A stretch of 64,000 nucleotides of DNA. Origin: an uncultured delta proteobacterium. GTDB lineage: Bacteria; Myxococcota; Myxococcia; Myxococcales; Anaeromyxobacteraceae. Below are positions 8,860-18,095 of the stretch, piece by piece. The notes under the pieces were generated by a model. That model was not told the origin of the DNA. It was given only the letters and a program-made list of their open reading frames with translations, and did not search any database. Location: positions 128,001 through 192,000 of the forward strand of contig CAWJSR010000055.1 of assembly GCA_963845515.1 (NCBI GenBank). The letters run 5' to 3'. The translations under genes were made by a program, and so were the position numbers. The stretch's first letter is position 1. Each line of letters begins with the position of its first letter.

Positions 8860-9513
8860 CTAGTCGTCGACCCGGATGACCCCGCGCTTGATCGCGAGGC
8901 GGACCAGCTCCGTCCGGTTGTGGACGCCCAGCTTCTCCATCACCTTCTCGCGGTGGCTCATCGCGGTCTTCACGCTGATGCCGAGCGTCTCGGCGACCTC
9001 CTTGTTGGAGCCGCCCTCCGCGACCAGCTTCAGGACCTGCTTCTCGCGGTCGGTGAGCGTCTCGTAGGGATCGCTGCCGCCGGGCGCGGTCGAGGCGCTC
9101 TCCTCCATCGCCACGCGCGCGACCTCGGGGTCGAGCACCAGCCCGCCGCGGTGGACCGCGCGGATGGCGTCCACCAGCCCGGCGCCCGCCGACTTCTTCA
9201 GGATGTACCCGGACACGCCGACCTTGAGCAGCCGGCGGACGTACTCACGGTCCTCGTACTGCGAGAGGATGAGCACCTTCGCGCGACGTCCCTGCTTCTT
9301 CAGCTCGATCGTCGCCTCGATCCCGCCGAGCCCGGGCATCGCGATGTCCATCACGACGACGTCGGGGTCCAGCTTCTCGACCTGCTCGATCGCCTGCTTG
9401 CCGTCGCGGGCCTCCCCGACCACCTCGATGTCGGCGTGCGGCGACAGCAGCGCACGCACCCCCTCGCGGAGGATGGCGTGGTCGTCGGCCAGCAGGACGC
9501 GGATCGCGGTCAC
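8860..9513 (-). CDS. NarL/LuxR-family response regulator
   Basis: IRVLLADDHAILREG...VVMDIAMPGLGGIEAT...LTDREKQVLKLVAEGGSNKEVAETLGISVKT; GTG start overlaps the kinase stop. Confidence 0.92.
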   Translation of the reverse strand: MTAIRVLLADDHAILREGVRALLSPHADIEVVGEARDGKQAIEQVEKLDPDVVVMDIAMPGLGGIEATIELKKQGRRAKVLILSQYEDREYVRRLLKVGVSGYILKKSAGAGLVDAIRAVHRGGLVLDPEVARVAMEESASTAPGGSDPYETLTDREKQVLKLVAEGGSNKEVAETLGISVKTAMSHREKVMEKLGVHNRTELVRLAIKRGVIRVDD

Positions 9514-11405
9514 TCGGTCACCATGGCGGGGAGCGGGATACGTACCTCGACACGCGTCCCCTTGCCAACGGCCGACTCGATCCTGGCCGTCCCGCCCAGG
9601 ATCTCGGCCCGCTCCTTGATCCCGAGGATCCCCCAGTGCTTCCGATCCTCCTCGGACACCGGCGCCGCTGGGTCGAACCCCTGCCCGTCGTCCTCGATCG
9701 AGATGCGCAGGTCCTGGCCGTCCCTGCCCAGCTCCACCAGGACGGCCGACGCCTGCGCGTGGCGCGCGACGTTGCCGAGCGCCTCCTGGACGATCCTGAA
9801 GAGGGCGGTCTCGATCTCGGGTGAGACGCGTGACGCCCCCTCCTCGCACTCGCAGCGGACCGAGACCCCCTTCTTGCGGAGCGCCCGCTCCGCGTACCAC
9901 TCGATGGCGGAGAGGAGCCCCAGGTCGTCGAGCACCGATGGGCGGAGATCGAAGATGAGCCGGTGGACGTCCTCCAGCGTGCTCTTCGCGATCGCCTTCA
10001 CCTCGTCGAGCCGCGGCTGCCCGCCGCCGCGGATCGCCTCGGAGGCCGCGTCGATGCCCATCGCGAGGGCGGCGAGGGACTGGCTCGTCTCGTCGTGCAG
10101 CTCGCGCGCGAGCCGCTTGCGCTCGTCCTCCTGCGCCGTGATCACCTTGCGCAGCAGGTCGCCGCGCATCGCCTCGCGCTCGCGCAGCCGCTCGTTGGCC
10201 TCGGCCAGCGCGTGGGTCCGCTCCTCCACCCGCTCCTCGAGGACCGCGTTCTGGTTGGCCACGCGCAGGATCAGGTCCCGCAGGGACGCGCGCATCCTGT
10301 CGAGCGCCTGCCCCAGCCGCCCGATCTCGTCCTCGCCCAGGTCGGGGATCGCGCGGGAGAGGTCCCCCGCGGAGATCCGCTCCGCCTCCCTCGTGAGGAC
10401 GCTCACCGGCTGGGTCACGCTCCGCGCGGCCCCCCAGGAGAAGACGACCACCATGAAGGCGTAGAGGAGCGTGCCGAGCACGGCCCACGGCACCCCCGCG
10501 TCGAACGGCAGCGCCTCGCGCGCGTCCTGGCGCACGAGCACGCCCCACGGCGCGGCGGCGAGCGGCGCGAAGGCGTAGACCTCCGCCTCCAGCGCCGCCG
10601 GCGCCATCCCCTCGCCCTGCTCGTCGATGGTGCCGTGGCAGCCCCGGCAGCGCCCTGCGGCTGGCTCCTTCTTCCGGACGCGCTCGCCGAACTGCACCTT
10701 GCAGCGGATGGTCCGGCCGATCCTGGACTCGTCGGTGCTGGCGACGATCGTCCCGGCCTCGTCGACGACGTCGGCCGAACCCGTCTCCCCGCGCTCGAGG
10801 AGCCCCAGCACGCTGCTGAAGTCGCGCGTGCCGGGATCGAGGCGCGAGACCGCGACGCCGATGACTTCCCCCTTGTAGCTCCGGAGCGGCACCGCCTCGT
10901 AGATCGCGTGGCCGTGCAGGTGCGGGACCAGGCGCGAGAGGTGCGGGCGGCCGTCGCCGAGCGCGTCGGCGATGTCGTCGATGGCTGCGGCCGGGATGCT
11001 GGCGCCCGAGCCCGCCAGCGCCTCGGCCACCACGTAGCCGGTGTCGTCGAGCAGGTAGACCGGGGCGCGGTGCTGCAGCTGATCCATCGCCCGCGCGACC
11101 GCGCGGTGCTCCTTCTCGCCGGCGGGGTGCGAGAGCTGGCCGCCGGTCGAGGCGGCCAGCTGCTGGAGCACGCGCAGGTCGCCGTTGACCTTCGCGTCCA
11201 GGTCGGCCGCCACGGCCTGCGCAGCCGAGAGCCAGCCCGCGTGGAGCCTGTCCTCCGTGAGGTTGAGCCAGTAGCTCCCGACGACGCCGGCCACGAGCAG
11301 CGGGAAGGCGACGCCGGTCGCCATCAGGAGGTAGACGCGGGGGCGCAGCCCGATTGAGCCGCTCGCCCGAACCCGTGGGGCCGGCTGCGTCGGCGTCTCG
11401 CTCAT
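9510..11405 (-). CDS. Membrane sensor histidine kinase (Cache-like periplasmic domain with CxxCH, HAMP, HisKA_3, HATPase)
   Basis: AQEDERKRLARELHDETSQ, LFRIVQEALGNVARHA, IEDDGQGFD, WGILGIKERA; periplasmic CRGCH at 10635-10649. Confidence 0.9.
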   Translation of the reverse strand: MSETPTQPAPRVRASGSIGLRPRVYLLMATGVAFPLLVAGVVGSYWLNLTEDRLHAGWLSAAQAVAADLDAKVNGDLRVLQQLAASTGGQLSHPAGEKEHRAVARAMDQLQHRAPVYLLDDTGYVVAEALAGSGASIPAAAIDDIADALGDGRPHLSRLVPHLHGHAIYEAVPLRSYKGEVIGVAVSRLDPGTRDFSSVLGLLERGETGSADVVDEAGTIVASTDESRIGRTIRCKVQFGERVRKKEPAAGRCRGCHGTIDEQGEGMAPAALEAEVYAFAPLAAAPWGVLVRQDAREALPFDAGVPWAVLGTLLYAFMVVVFSWGAARSVTQPVSVLTREAERISAGDLSRAIPDLGEDEIGRLGQALDRMRASLRDLILRVANQNAVLEERVEERTHALAEANERLREREAMRGDLLRKVITAQEDERKRLARELHDETSQSLAALAMGIDAASEAIRGGGQPRLDEVKAIAKSTLEDVHRLIFDLRPSVLDDLGLLSAIEWYAERALRKKGVSVRCECEEGASRVSPEIETALFRIVQEALGNVARHAQASAVLVELGRDGQDLRISIEDDGQGFDPAAPVSEEDRKHWGILGIKERAEILGGTARIESAVGKGTRVEVRIPLPAMVTE

Positions 11406-11981
11406 GGTCCGCTCCCCTCGCGCCGCAGGCCGTGGGCGAGCTTGTGGATCTCGGGCTCTGCGCTGCGCGCGCGGAGCACGACCGGGATCCCGTCGAGCTG
11501 CCACTCGAGCTGCTGCCAGACCGCCCCGTCGACGACGACGCTGAGCATGACCGCGGGGATGTTCCCGACCGTCGTGCGGTTGCGCTTCAGGACGTCCGCC
11601 TTGCCGAGGAGGAGGGGCGAGATGGGCTCGCCGGCCTTCGTCGCCTGGAACACGATGAGGGACGGCAGGCCGTCCTCGGTCGACTTGAAGGTGACCGCGA
11701 CGGAGCCGCCGCGCCCGCCGGCGATGCGGATCCGGTCCGGGGGCCAGGCGAGCCGCCTGGGGAAGTACGCCGGGAGGTAGAGCCGCGCGTCCGCGCGGCG
11801 CGCCGCCTCGTCGATCGTCTCGACCACGCGGACGTGGCGCTCCTCCCCCGCGAGCCAGCCCGGGGGCCCTTCCCAGCACGCCGAGCGTGACCGCCGCCGC
11901 GCCGGCGACCCAGATCAGGATCACGAGCATCTTCAGGAGCTCGACGAGGGTGGCCGTGGGCTCGCGGACTGTCACGGTCAT
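11402..11981 (-). CDS. Hypothetical single-TM periplasmic protein (frameshift near 11865)
   Basis: ATG overlaps the M56 stop (ATGA); TM segment LVILIWVAGAAAVTLGVLG continues into ORF 11402..11827 (LYLPAYFPRRLAWPP). Confidence 0.65.
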
Positions 11982-12964
11982 ACGACGAAGTAGAGCACGA
12001 CGGTGAGCGTCGCGGTGGCGAGGGCGAGCCGGACGGCGCCGAACCGGAGCGGCTTCGGCGCCGGCGCCAGGAGGCGGCGGCAGCGGACCTCCAGATCCCG
12101 CGCGTGGGCCTTCTCGATCGGCTCGGTGAGCGCGGCGGCGAACGGGAGGGAGCGCGGGACGGGCGCGAAGCGCGAGGTCGCGCGGTGGAGCTTCAGGAGG
12201 CCGGCGGCGAGCGGCAGCCGGTGGCCGATGGCGGCGGCCGCGCGCTCGTCGGCGACGTGCTCGGCGTCGCGCACGATGACGCGCGAGACGACCTGGAAGG
12301 CAGGGTTGAAGAACATGATCGCGCGCGCCGCCATGATCACCCAGCTCACCGCGGGATCGTGACGCGCGAGGTGGGAGAGCTCGTGCGCGATGGCCGCCTC
12401 CAGCTCCTCGTCGTCGAGCAGCGCCAGCGAGCCGCGGGAGACCACGATCTCCTGGCGCCGCACCCCTGTGCAGAAGAGCATCGGGACGTCGGAGGCGACG
12501 AAGCGGATCGGCGGCGGGCGGACGCCGATCCGGCGCGCCACCGGGAAGAGCGCCGCGTCGAGCCGTGCGACCCCGGCCTCGTCCGCCTTGCCACCGGCGG
12601 GGCGTCCGCGCCGGCGGAAGAGCGGGAGGAAGTCGAGCAGGAAGAGGGCGGTGCCGGCGGCGGCGAACCCGGCGAGCCACCAGGAGTCGAGCCCGATCCC
12701 GAGGAAGCGGAGGTCGCCCCAGGCGTCGGCCGAGAAGATGGCGGTGGAGTCGCGGAAGCTCTCGTCGGCCCGATCGACGCCGAGGACGACGACCGCCGGA
12801 AACAGCACCAGCGGATAGCCCAGGGCGAGGAGCCTCAGGGCGATCCGCTGGCGTGGTTCGGCGACCTGCCACCCCTTCACCAGCGCCTCGATGAAGAGGG
12901 ACGCGACGAGGGAGTGGAAGATCGCCTGCGTGAGGATGTCAGCCCACGTTGCGTCTGCCGTCAT
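11978..12964 (-). CDS. M56 (BlaR1-like) membrane zinc metallopeptidase
   Basis: N-terminal TM helices; LEAAIAHELSHLARHD (HExxH), FFNP, EHVADERA. Confidence 0.85.
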   Translation of the reverse strand: MTADATWADILTQAIFHSLVASLFIEALVKGWQVAEPRQRIALRLLALGYPLVLFPAVVVLGVDRADESFRDSTAIFSADAWGDLRFLGIGLDSWWLAGFAAAGTALFLLDFLPLFRRRGRPAGGKADEAGVARLDAALFPVARRIGVRPPPIRFVASDVPMLFCTGVRRQEIVVSRGSLALLDDEELEAAIAHELSHLARHDPAVSWVIMAARAIMFFNPAFQVVSRVIVRDAEHVADERAAAAIGHRLPLAAGLLKLHRATSRFAPVPRSLPFAAALTEPIEKAHARDLEVRCRRLLAPAPKPLRFGAVRLALATATLTVVLYFVV

Positions 12965-13676
12965 GCCCAGGAGCGGCGGCCGCGTGTCCCTCGACGTCGG
13001 GGGGCGTCCCCTCGATCCTGGCGAGCTCCAGGGGGTGCTCGTGCAGCATCCGCTCACGCGAGATCTTACCCGTAAAGATGCCGGCGTCGAAGGGGAAGAC
13101 GTCCGGGTTCAGGTGCGCGTTGAAGATGTGCCAGATGGCGATGACGAAGAAGGCCATCAGCCCTTCGTTCGAGTGGAACACCTTGGCCACCGGGATCACC
13201 TGCCCCGGCAGGATGCTCGCGACCTTGACCGGGAAGTACAGGACGAAGCCGCTCGTGATCATGATGACGTTGCCGAAGACGAGCCCCCAGTACTCGAACT
13301 TCATCTTGTAGTCGTAGCGGTCGTAGTGGGGGTGGTGCTGCGTCATCCCGAGGTAGTAACGGAGCTGCAGGATGGCGTCCTCGAAGTCCTTGCGGCCGGG
13401 GATCATCGACATCGTCGACTTCTTGGCCATGATCGAGGCGATGGCGTTCGCGAAGTGGACCACCGTCGAGAGGGCCAGCAGGAGCCCGCTGATCCGGTGG
13501 ATCAGCCGCGTGGAGCTGATCCCGCCGAACAGGTCGACGAGCCCGTGGGCCCAGCCGGCCTGGTAGAACTTCTGCGGGAGGCCGGTGAGGCAGAGCAGCG
13601 TGAAGAGCAGCATCGTGATCAGGTGCTCGATGCGCTGCTGCAGGTTGAAGCGGACGATGTATGCGTTCGTGCTCAT
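12939..13676 (-). CDS. Di-heme cytochrome b (FdnI/HydC-like) membrane subunit
   Basis: RFNLQQRIEH...LTGLPQKF...LIHR...VVHF...KFEYWG...KVFHSNEG...IWHIFNAH; four TM His ligands; EHPLE tail. Confidence 0.85.
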   Translation of the reverse strand: MSTNAYIVRFNLQQRIEHLITMLLFTLLCLTGLPQKFYQAGWAHGLVDLFGGISSTRLIHRISGLLLALSTVVHFANAIASIMAKKSTMSMIPGRKDFEDAILQLRYYLGMTQHHPHYDRYDYKMKFEYWGLVFGNVIMITSGFVLYFPVKVASILPGQVIPVAKVFHSNEGLMAFFVIAIWHIFNAHLNPDVFPFDAGIFTGKISRERMLHEHPLELARIEGTPPDVEGHAAAAPGHDGRRNVG

Positions 13677-14713
13677 CGATTCACCACGACGCGCCAGAGG
13701 TGCAGCGCGATCTGAAGGACGAGGCCCCCGACCATGAAGGGGATGAGGATCCGGTAGAAGAGCTGGGCGGCCCAGACGGCCGGCGCCGCCTCGAGCGTCG
13801 GCTGGTAGTGCGACATCCAGGCCTTCGGGAAGCTGGCGCTCGCGCCGGGGTGGCACTTGGCGCAGGTCTTCTGGAGGTTGGCCGCCATCACCTGCGAGTT
13901 CGGATCGTCGCCCTTGCGGATGTCATGGACGCCGTGGCAGTCGGTGCAGACCGCCGCGAGCCGCTCACCGGAGCCCTTGGTGGACTTGTGCTGCAGCGAC
14001 GCCGACATGCCGTGGAAGTCGGCGAGGTAGGTGTCGACCACGTGCGTGGAGAGGCCGTACTTCGTCATCAGCTTCTCGTTGCCGTGGCAGCGGCCGCAGA
14101 TCTCGGGGGTCCGCATCGCGAGGGCGCCCTCGCGCGGATCCGACGTGTCGTGCGCCCTGTGGCAGTCGGTGCAGACCGGGACGTCCGAGGACGACTCGAC
14201 CGCCATCCCGTGGACGCTGGCCGCGTAGACCTTCGCCTCGTCCGGGTGGCAGCGGCTGCACATCTGGGAGATCCGGTTGCGCGGCTGGCCCGGGCGCGAG
14301 ATGTCGTGCGCGCCGTGGCAGTCGACGCAGAGGGCGGCCTTCGTGTTCCCCTTGGACATCAGGGCGTAGTGCACGCCGTCCAGCGTCTTCGTGTAGTTGG
14401 CGAAGTGGCAGCCCTTGCACTGCTCGTAGTAGGCGACCGTCACCTCGCGCTTGTTCTTGAACGGGATCTCGTTGTCGGCGTGATCGTCGTTCTTGTCCGA
14501 GTGGCAGTCGGTGCAGCGCAGCATCTCGCCGTGGACCGACTTCGCGAAGTTCGCCTGATCGACGAAGAGGGAGAGCTTCTCACCCCCCGCGAGGTCGAAC
14601 GACAGCGACTGGTCGGTGTGACACATCAGACAGCCGTCCTGCTCGGCAGGGATGCCAGCCTGTGCCGGCACCGCGCAGAGCGCGAACAGGAGCGCCAATA
14701 GATATCGCTTCAT
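13673..14713 (-). CDS. Nonaheme cytochrome c with signal peptide and C-terminal membrane anchor
   Basis: Nine CxxCH: CLMCH, CTDCH, CKGCH, CVDCH, CSRCH, CTDCH, CGRCH, CTDCH, CAKCH; signal MKRYLLALLFALCAVPAQA. Confidence 0.92.
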   Translation of the reverse strand: MKRYLLALLFALCAVPAQAGIPAEQDGCLMCHTDQSLSFDLAGGEKLSLFVDQANFAKSVHGEMLRCTDCHSDKNDDHADNEIPFKNKREVTVAYYEQCKGCHFANYTKTLDGVHYALMSKGNTKAALCVDCHGAHDISRPGQPRNRISQMCSRCHPDEAKVYAASVHGMAVESSSDVPVCTDCHRAHDTSDPREGALAMRTPEICGRCHGNEKLMTKYGLSTHVVDTYLADFHGMSASLQHKSTKGSGERLAAVCTDCHGVHDIRKGDDPNSQVMAANLQKTCAKCHPGASASFPKAWMSHYQPTLEAAPAVWAAQLFYRILIPFMVGGLVLQIALHLWRVVVNR

Positions 14714-14902
14714 CGTTGCCCAGCTCCGGGAAGTGTTGGGTTCCTCAGCAGCGCGGAAATAGGGTGAGGACGGCCTCGCCATCTATCAGGGGCGAGGCAG
14801 ACTGTCCAATGTCGAGTTGTCGAAAACCGTCCTATTGACGGCGGGATGCGACGTTTTGGCGCACCCCCTGTGTGCGAATGCGCACAGCCAACCAGAACGC
14901 GT

Positions 14903-14948
14903 CAAGGCCGCGGATCGGCTCTCCCTGGGAGCCAATCACGCGGCCTTG
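14903..14948. terminator. Long inverted repeat downstream of the GcvH-like gene (possible terminator or processing stem)
   Basis: CAAGGCCGCGGATCGGCTC...GAGCCAATCACGCGGCCTTG; no clear U-tract. Confidence 0.4.
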
Positions 14949-14981
14949 CTTGGGTATGCAGGAGTATTCGGCTGCCTTCGG

Positions 14982-15686
14982 TCAATTCACCTCGGTGAAG
15001 GAGGCCACCAGCGCGTTCCAGCGCTCCTCGCCCAGGATCCAGGGGGCAGGGTTGATCAGCTCGCCCCCATCGGCCGCGGCGATCCCGAGCTGCTGCTCGA
15101 GCTGGTGATTCCAGCGCTGCGCCTCCTTCGCCATCCAGCCGTCCGCCGCCGCGCCCGCCGGGAAGGCGGTCCACTGGTCGTTCGCCGGCTCGAGCGCGAC
15201 GAGCCAGCCCCTGCCGTAGCCGTCGGACCCGACGAGCGACGGGTCGCGGACGACGGCCGCGTTGACGCCAGCGATCCGCGCGTCGAACGGGGCGCGCACC
15301 GGGAGCTGCCTCCCGCCTCCCCACAGCGTGGCGATCGTCTCGCCGCGCTTCACGCGCGTCCCGGTGCGGACCGCGTCGACTGCCGTCACAGCCGGCAGGA
15401 GCCGTAGCGCGAGGTCGTCGATGCCGACCTCGAGGGCCCCCTCCCCTCGCTGCAGGAGCCAGGTGTGGCCCGGCGCGTACCGCACGCCCGGGCGCACCGA
15501 GACGCCGCCCACCTCGTGGAGCCCCAGCGCCCGGCGGCGCCTGACCCGCACCCGGTTGATCGCCCACCCGATGGCGATCAGCGGGATGGCGATGACGGCG
15601 AGGACTGCGAGGAAGATGCCGACGCGGAACAGCCCTCCGGCCACGAAGACACCGATCTTCTCCAACGTCTCGAGCGCGACCGACAT
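14982..15686 (-). CDS. Membrane-anchored GcvH-like protein lacking the lipoyl lysine
   Basis: PGHTWL...VGIDDLA...APFDARIAGVN...DGYGRGWL fold motifs; lipoyl hairpin reads LWGGGRQL (no Lys); N-terminal TM; C-terminal ADGGE extension. Confidence 0.8.
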   Translation of the reverse strand: MSVALETLEKIGVFVAGGLFRVGIFLAVLAVIAIPLIAIGWAINRVRVRRRRALGLHEVGGVSVRPGVRYAPGHTWLLQRGEGALEVGIDDLALRLLPAVTAVDAVRTGTRVKRGETIATLWGGGRQLPVRAPFDARIAGVNAAVVRDPSLVGSDGYGRGWLVALEPANDQWTAFPAGAAADGWMAKEAQRWNHQLEQQLGIAAADGGELINPAPWILGEERWNALVASFTEVN

Positions 15687-15779
15687 GGCAGCCTCCTCGT
15701 CGAGTCACCGGGCGGCCCGGCTGGCCGTTCGCGGACCAGACAGTCCGCCCGGTTCCCTGCGCCTGCCCCTACGGCAGAC

Positions 15780-16124
15780 CTACATGGCGTGACACATCGT
15801 GCAGTCGTCGAGGTTGAAGGCCTGCTTCCCGTGGCACTTGCCGCAGGACTCTCCGGCCTTCATCCGGTCATGGGTGATCGGCGTCGACGGCGTCGAGGCG
15901 CTCTTCCCGAGGATCCTGAAGGTGCCGGCGTGACAGGCGGTGCACGAGCCGGCCGGCTTCGACGTGTCCACGTGCATGTCGTGGTTGAAGGTCACGACCC
16001 CGGGGCTCCCGTCGCCCTGCGGGAGCTTCAGCGCCCCCGGAAGCTTCGGGAGATCGGCGGCCAGCGCCGCACCGCCGATCAGGAGCCCCACCAACACGAC
16101 GCTCATCCGCTTCGCCCAGGTCAT
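15780..16124 (-). CDS. Periplasmic triheme c7-type cytochrome
   Basis: Signal peptide; VTFNHDMH, CTACH, CGKCH, CTMCH. Confidence 0.9.
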   Translation of the reverse strand: MTWAKRMSVVLVGLLIGGAALAADLPKLPGALKLPQGDGSPGVVTFNHDMHVDTSKPAGSCTACHAGTFRILGKSASTPSTPITHDRMKAGESCGKCHGKQAFNLDDCTMCHAM

Positions 16125-16136
16125 GGCGTCTCTCCG

Positions 16137-16865
16137 TCAGGTCAGGAAGAACTTGCGCGCGAGCTCGGTCCACTGCTCGCCCTCGAGCTCCGGGCCGATG
16201 CCCAGGATCGGCGCACCGCCGTCCTGGAGGACTCGCCCGAGCTCCGGGCTCATCCGCATCGCCAGCGCCTCCGCCGCGTCCTCGAGGAGGCGGCCGGCGG
16301 CGCTGCCGGAGACGAGCTGCCTCAGGTCGTGCGCCAGCCGCGGCGCCTTGACCTTGAAGAGCCAGCCCTTGCCGTACGGCTCCGAGAGCGTCTCGGAGCT
16401 GGCGCGCGCTGCCTCGTTGACGGCGACGACGGTCCCCTCGATGGGCGACAGCATCGGGACGCTGCCGGTGCCGGCGGCCACCTCGAACGCAGGCTCGCCC
16501 TGGGCGACGCGGGCGCCGACGGCAGGGAGGGAGACGCGGGCCGGGCCGACGAACTTCTGGGCGAAGTCGTCCATCCCGACGGTGACGATTCCGTCGTCCT
16601 CCACGCGGGCCCAGGTGTGGCCCGGGTGGAGCTTCACGCCGGCTGGGATGTCGAACCAGCCGAAGGACGGCGCCGTCGCGGCAGGTGCGCGGACCGACTT
16701 CTCGCGGGCCATGGCTGGCGCGCGCGCCGGGACCCGAGCGGTCTCCTCCGCCTTCCTTCCACCCTGGACGTACTTCCAGAAGGGGATGAAGAGGAGCATG
16801 TAGCCGACGCCGAGTCCGTACTCCATCAACTTCGCGGGATAGATGCTGAGCAGGTCGTATGCCAT
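16137..16865 (-). CDS. Membrane-anchored GcvH-like protein lacking the lipoyl lysine, with HmcD-like N-terminal helix
   Basis: HPGHTWARVEDDGIVTVGMDDFAQK...LSPIEGTVVAVN...EPYGKGWLFKVK; hairpin reads VAAGTGSV; N-terminus AKLMEYGLGVGYMLLFIPFWKYV; C-terminal LQDGG. Confidence 0.82.
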   Translation of the reverse strand: MAYDLLSIYPAKLMEYGLGVGYMLLFIPFWKYVQGGRKAEETARVPARAPAMAREKSVRAPAATAPSFGWFDIPAGVKLHPGHTWARVEDDGIVTVGMDDFAQKFVGPARVSLPAVGARVAQGEPAFEVAAGTGSVPMLSPIEGTVVAVNEAARASSETLSEPYGKGWLFKVKAPRLAHDLRQLVSGSAAGRLLEDAAEALAMRMSPELGRVLQDGGAPILGIGPELEGEQWTELARKFFLT

Positions 16866-16874
16866 GGCGTCCTC

Positions 16875-18095
16875 CTAGTGCTCCTGCGGGAATGCCGCGT
16901 CTTCCTTCATGATGGGCATCCGGTTCACGATCCAGCGGAACAGGACGATGAGGAGGGTGACGAGCGTCACCGAGACGAGCAGCTCCTGCCACGACGGGAC
17001 GTACCGGACGGGCTCGTTCCAGTTGAAGGCGATGACCGACATGTTGAGCCGGTTCAGCACGATGCTCAGCACGCCCATCACGCCGCCGACCCGGACGATC
17101 CTCGCGCTGCCGTTGCGGGCGCCGTACGCGAAGATGAGCGCCGGGACCAGGACGAAGCCGACGATCTCGACGAGGTACCAGGCGCCGTAGCCGGTCGCCA
17201 GGTAGCCCCAGGCGTGGCTGTCGACCACGCTCTGCAGCTTGAGGAAGAAGTACGCGAACATCGTGATGGCGGCGGCGCGGCCGAGCCCGACGGTGAGCTT
17301 GTCGAGGTCGAAGTGCGCGCCCTTGATCTGGCTCGCGAAGGCCTTGTGGGAGAGCATGCTCTCCACGATGACCATCGAGAGACCGGCGATGATGGCGCTG
17401 ACGAAGAAGTGGATGAAGACGTAGGGCGTGTACCAGAGCGGGTGGAGCTTGGTCGGTGCGATGAGGAAGAGCGACCCGAGCGCCGACTGGTGCATCGTCG
17501 AGAACATGACCGACAGCACGGTGAGCGCGACGAGGGCCTTCTTCATGACCGAGTGGAGCTTCTTCCAGCCGAGCCACTCGAAGAGCGGGACGGTGAACTC
17601 GAGGGCGAGGACCGTCGAGTAGCACATGACGCACCAGGCGACCTCGTAGAGGACCGACGCCGAGCCGTTGCTCACGAGGGCCATGACGATGTTCCAGGGC
17701 CGGCCGAGATCGGCCAGCAGCCCGACGATGGCCATCACGTAGCCGAGGAAGGCGGTCAGGATCGCCGGCCGCTCGATGGGGTGGTACGCCTTCATGTTGA
17801 AGATCTGGACCGTGGCGCCGATGGTGAAGCCGCCGGCCGCCAGCACGATGCCGGTCATCATGTCGAAGCCGATCCAGAGCCCCCACGGTGCGGTCTGCGA
17901 CAGGTTGGTGACGGCGCCCAGCCCCGCGTAAAATCTGTAGATGAAGACGGGCAGGCCGGCCGCGAGGATGCACCCGATGATCAGGTTGTTCGGCGTGACG
18001 AGCGACTTCAGGTACTCGCGCCCGGACATCCCGAGCAGGATCTTCTGGCGGAAGAAGCCAGGGGCGGTGGCGACCGCAGCGTTCGCGCTAGCCAT
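16875..18095 (-). CDS. NrfD/HybB/HmcC-family integral membrane quinone-interacting subunit
   Basis: GLGAVTNLSQTAPWGLWIGFD, LAAGGF, DLGRPWN, EVAWCVMCY, STMHQSALGSLF, KLHPLW, VLNRLN. Confidence 0.9.
   Translation of the reverse strand: MASANAAVATAPGFFRQKILLGMSGREYLKSLVTPNNLIIGCILAAGLPVFIYRFYAGLGAVTNLSQTAPWGLWIGFDMMTGIVLAAGGFTIGATVQIFNMKAYHPIERPAILTAFLGYVMAIVGLLADLGRPWNIVMALVSNGSASVLYEVAWCVMCYSTVLALEFTVPLFEWLGWKKLHSVMKKALVALTVLSVMFSTMHQSALGSLFLIAPTKLHPLWYTPYVFIHFFVSAIIAGLSMVIVESMLSHKAFASQIKGAHFDLDKLTVGLGRAAAITMFAYFFLKLQSVVDSHAWGYLATGYGAWYLVEIVGFVLVPALIFAYGARNGSARIVRVGGVMGVLSIVLNRLNMSVIAFNWNEPVRYVPSWQELLVSVTLVTLLIVLFRWIVNRMPIMKEDAAFPQEH

Noticed and set aside
9510..12872. 1120-aa giant kinase and 562-aa extended response regulator
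   Set aside because: The N-terminal extensions are off-frame reads of upstream genes; the true starts are 11405 and 9513.
14982..16865. A functional glycine cleavage system
   Set aside because: The lipoyl lysine is absent, both proteins have TM anchors, and no P, T or L protein genes are nearby.
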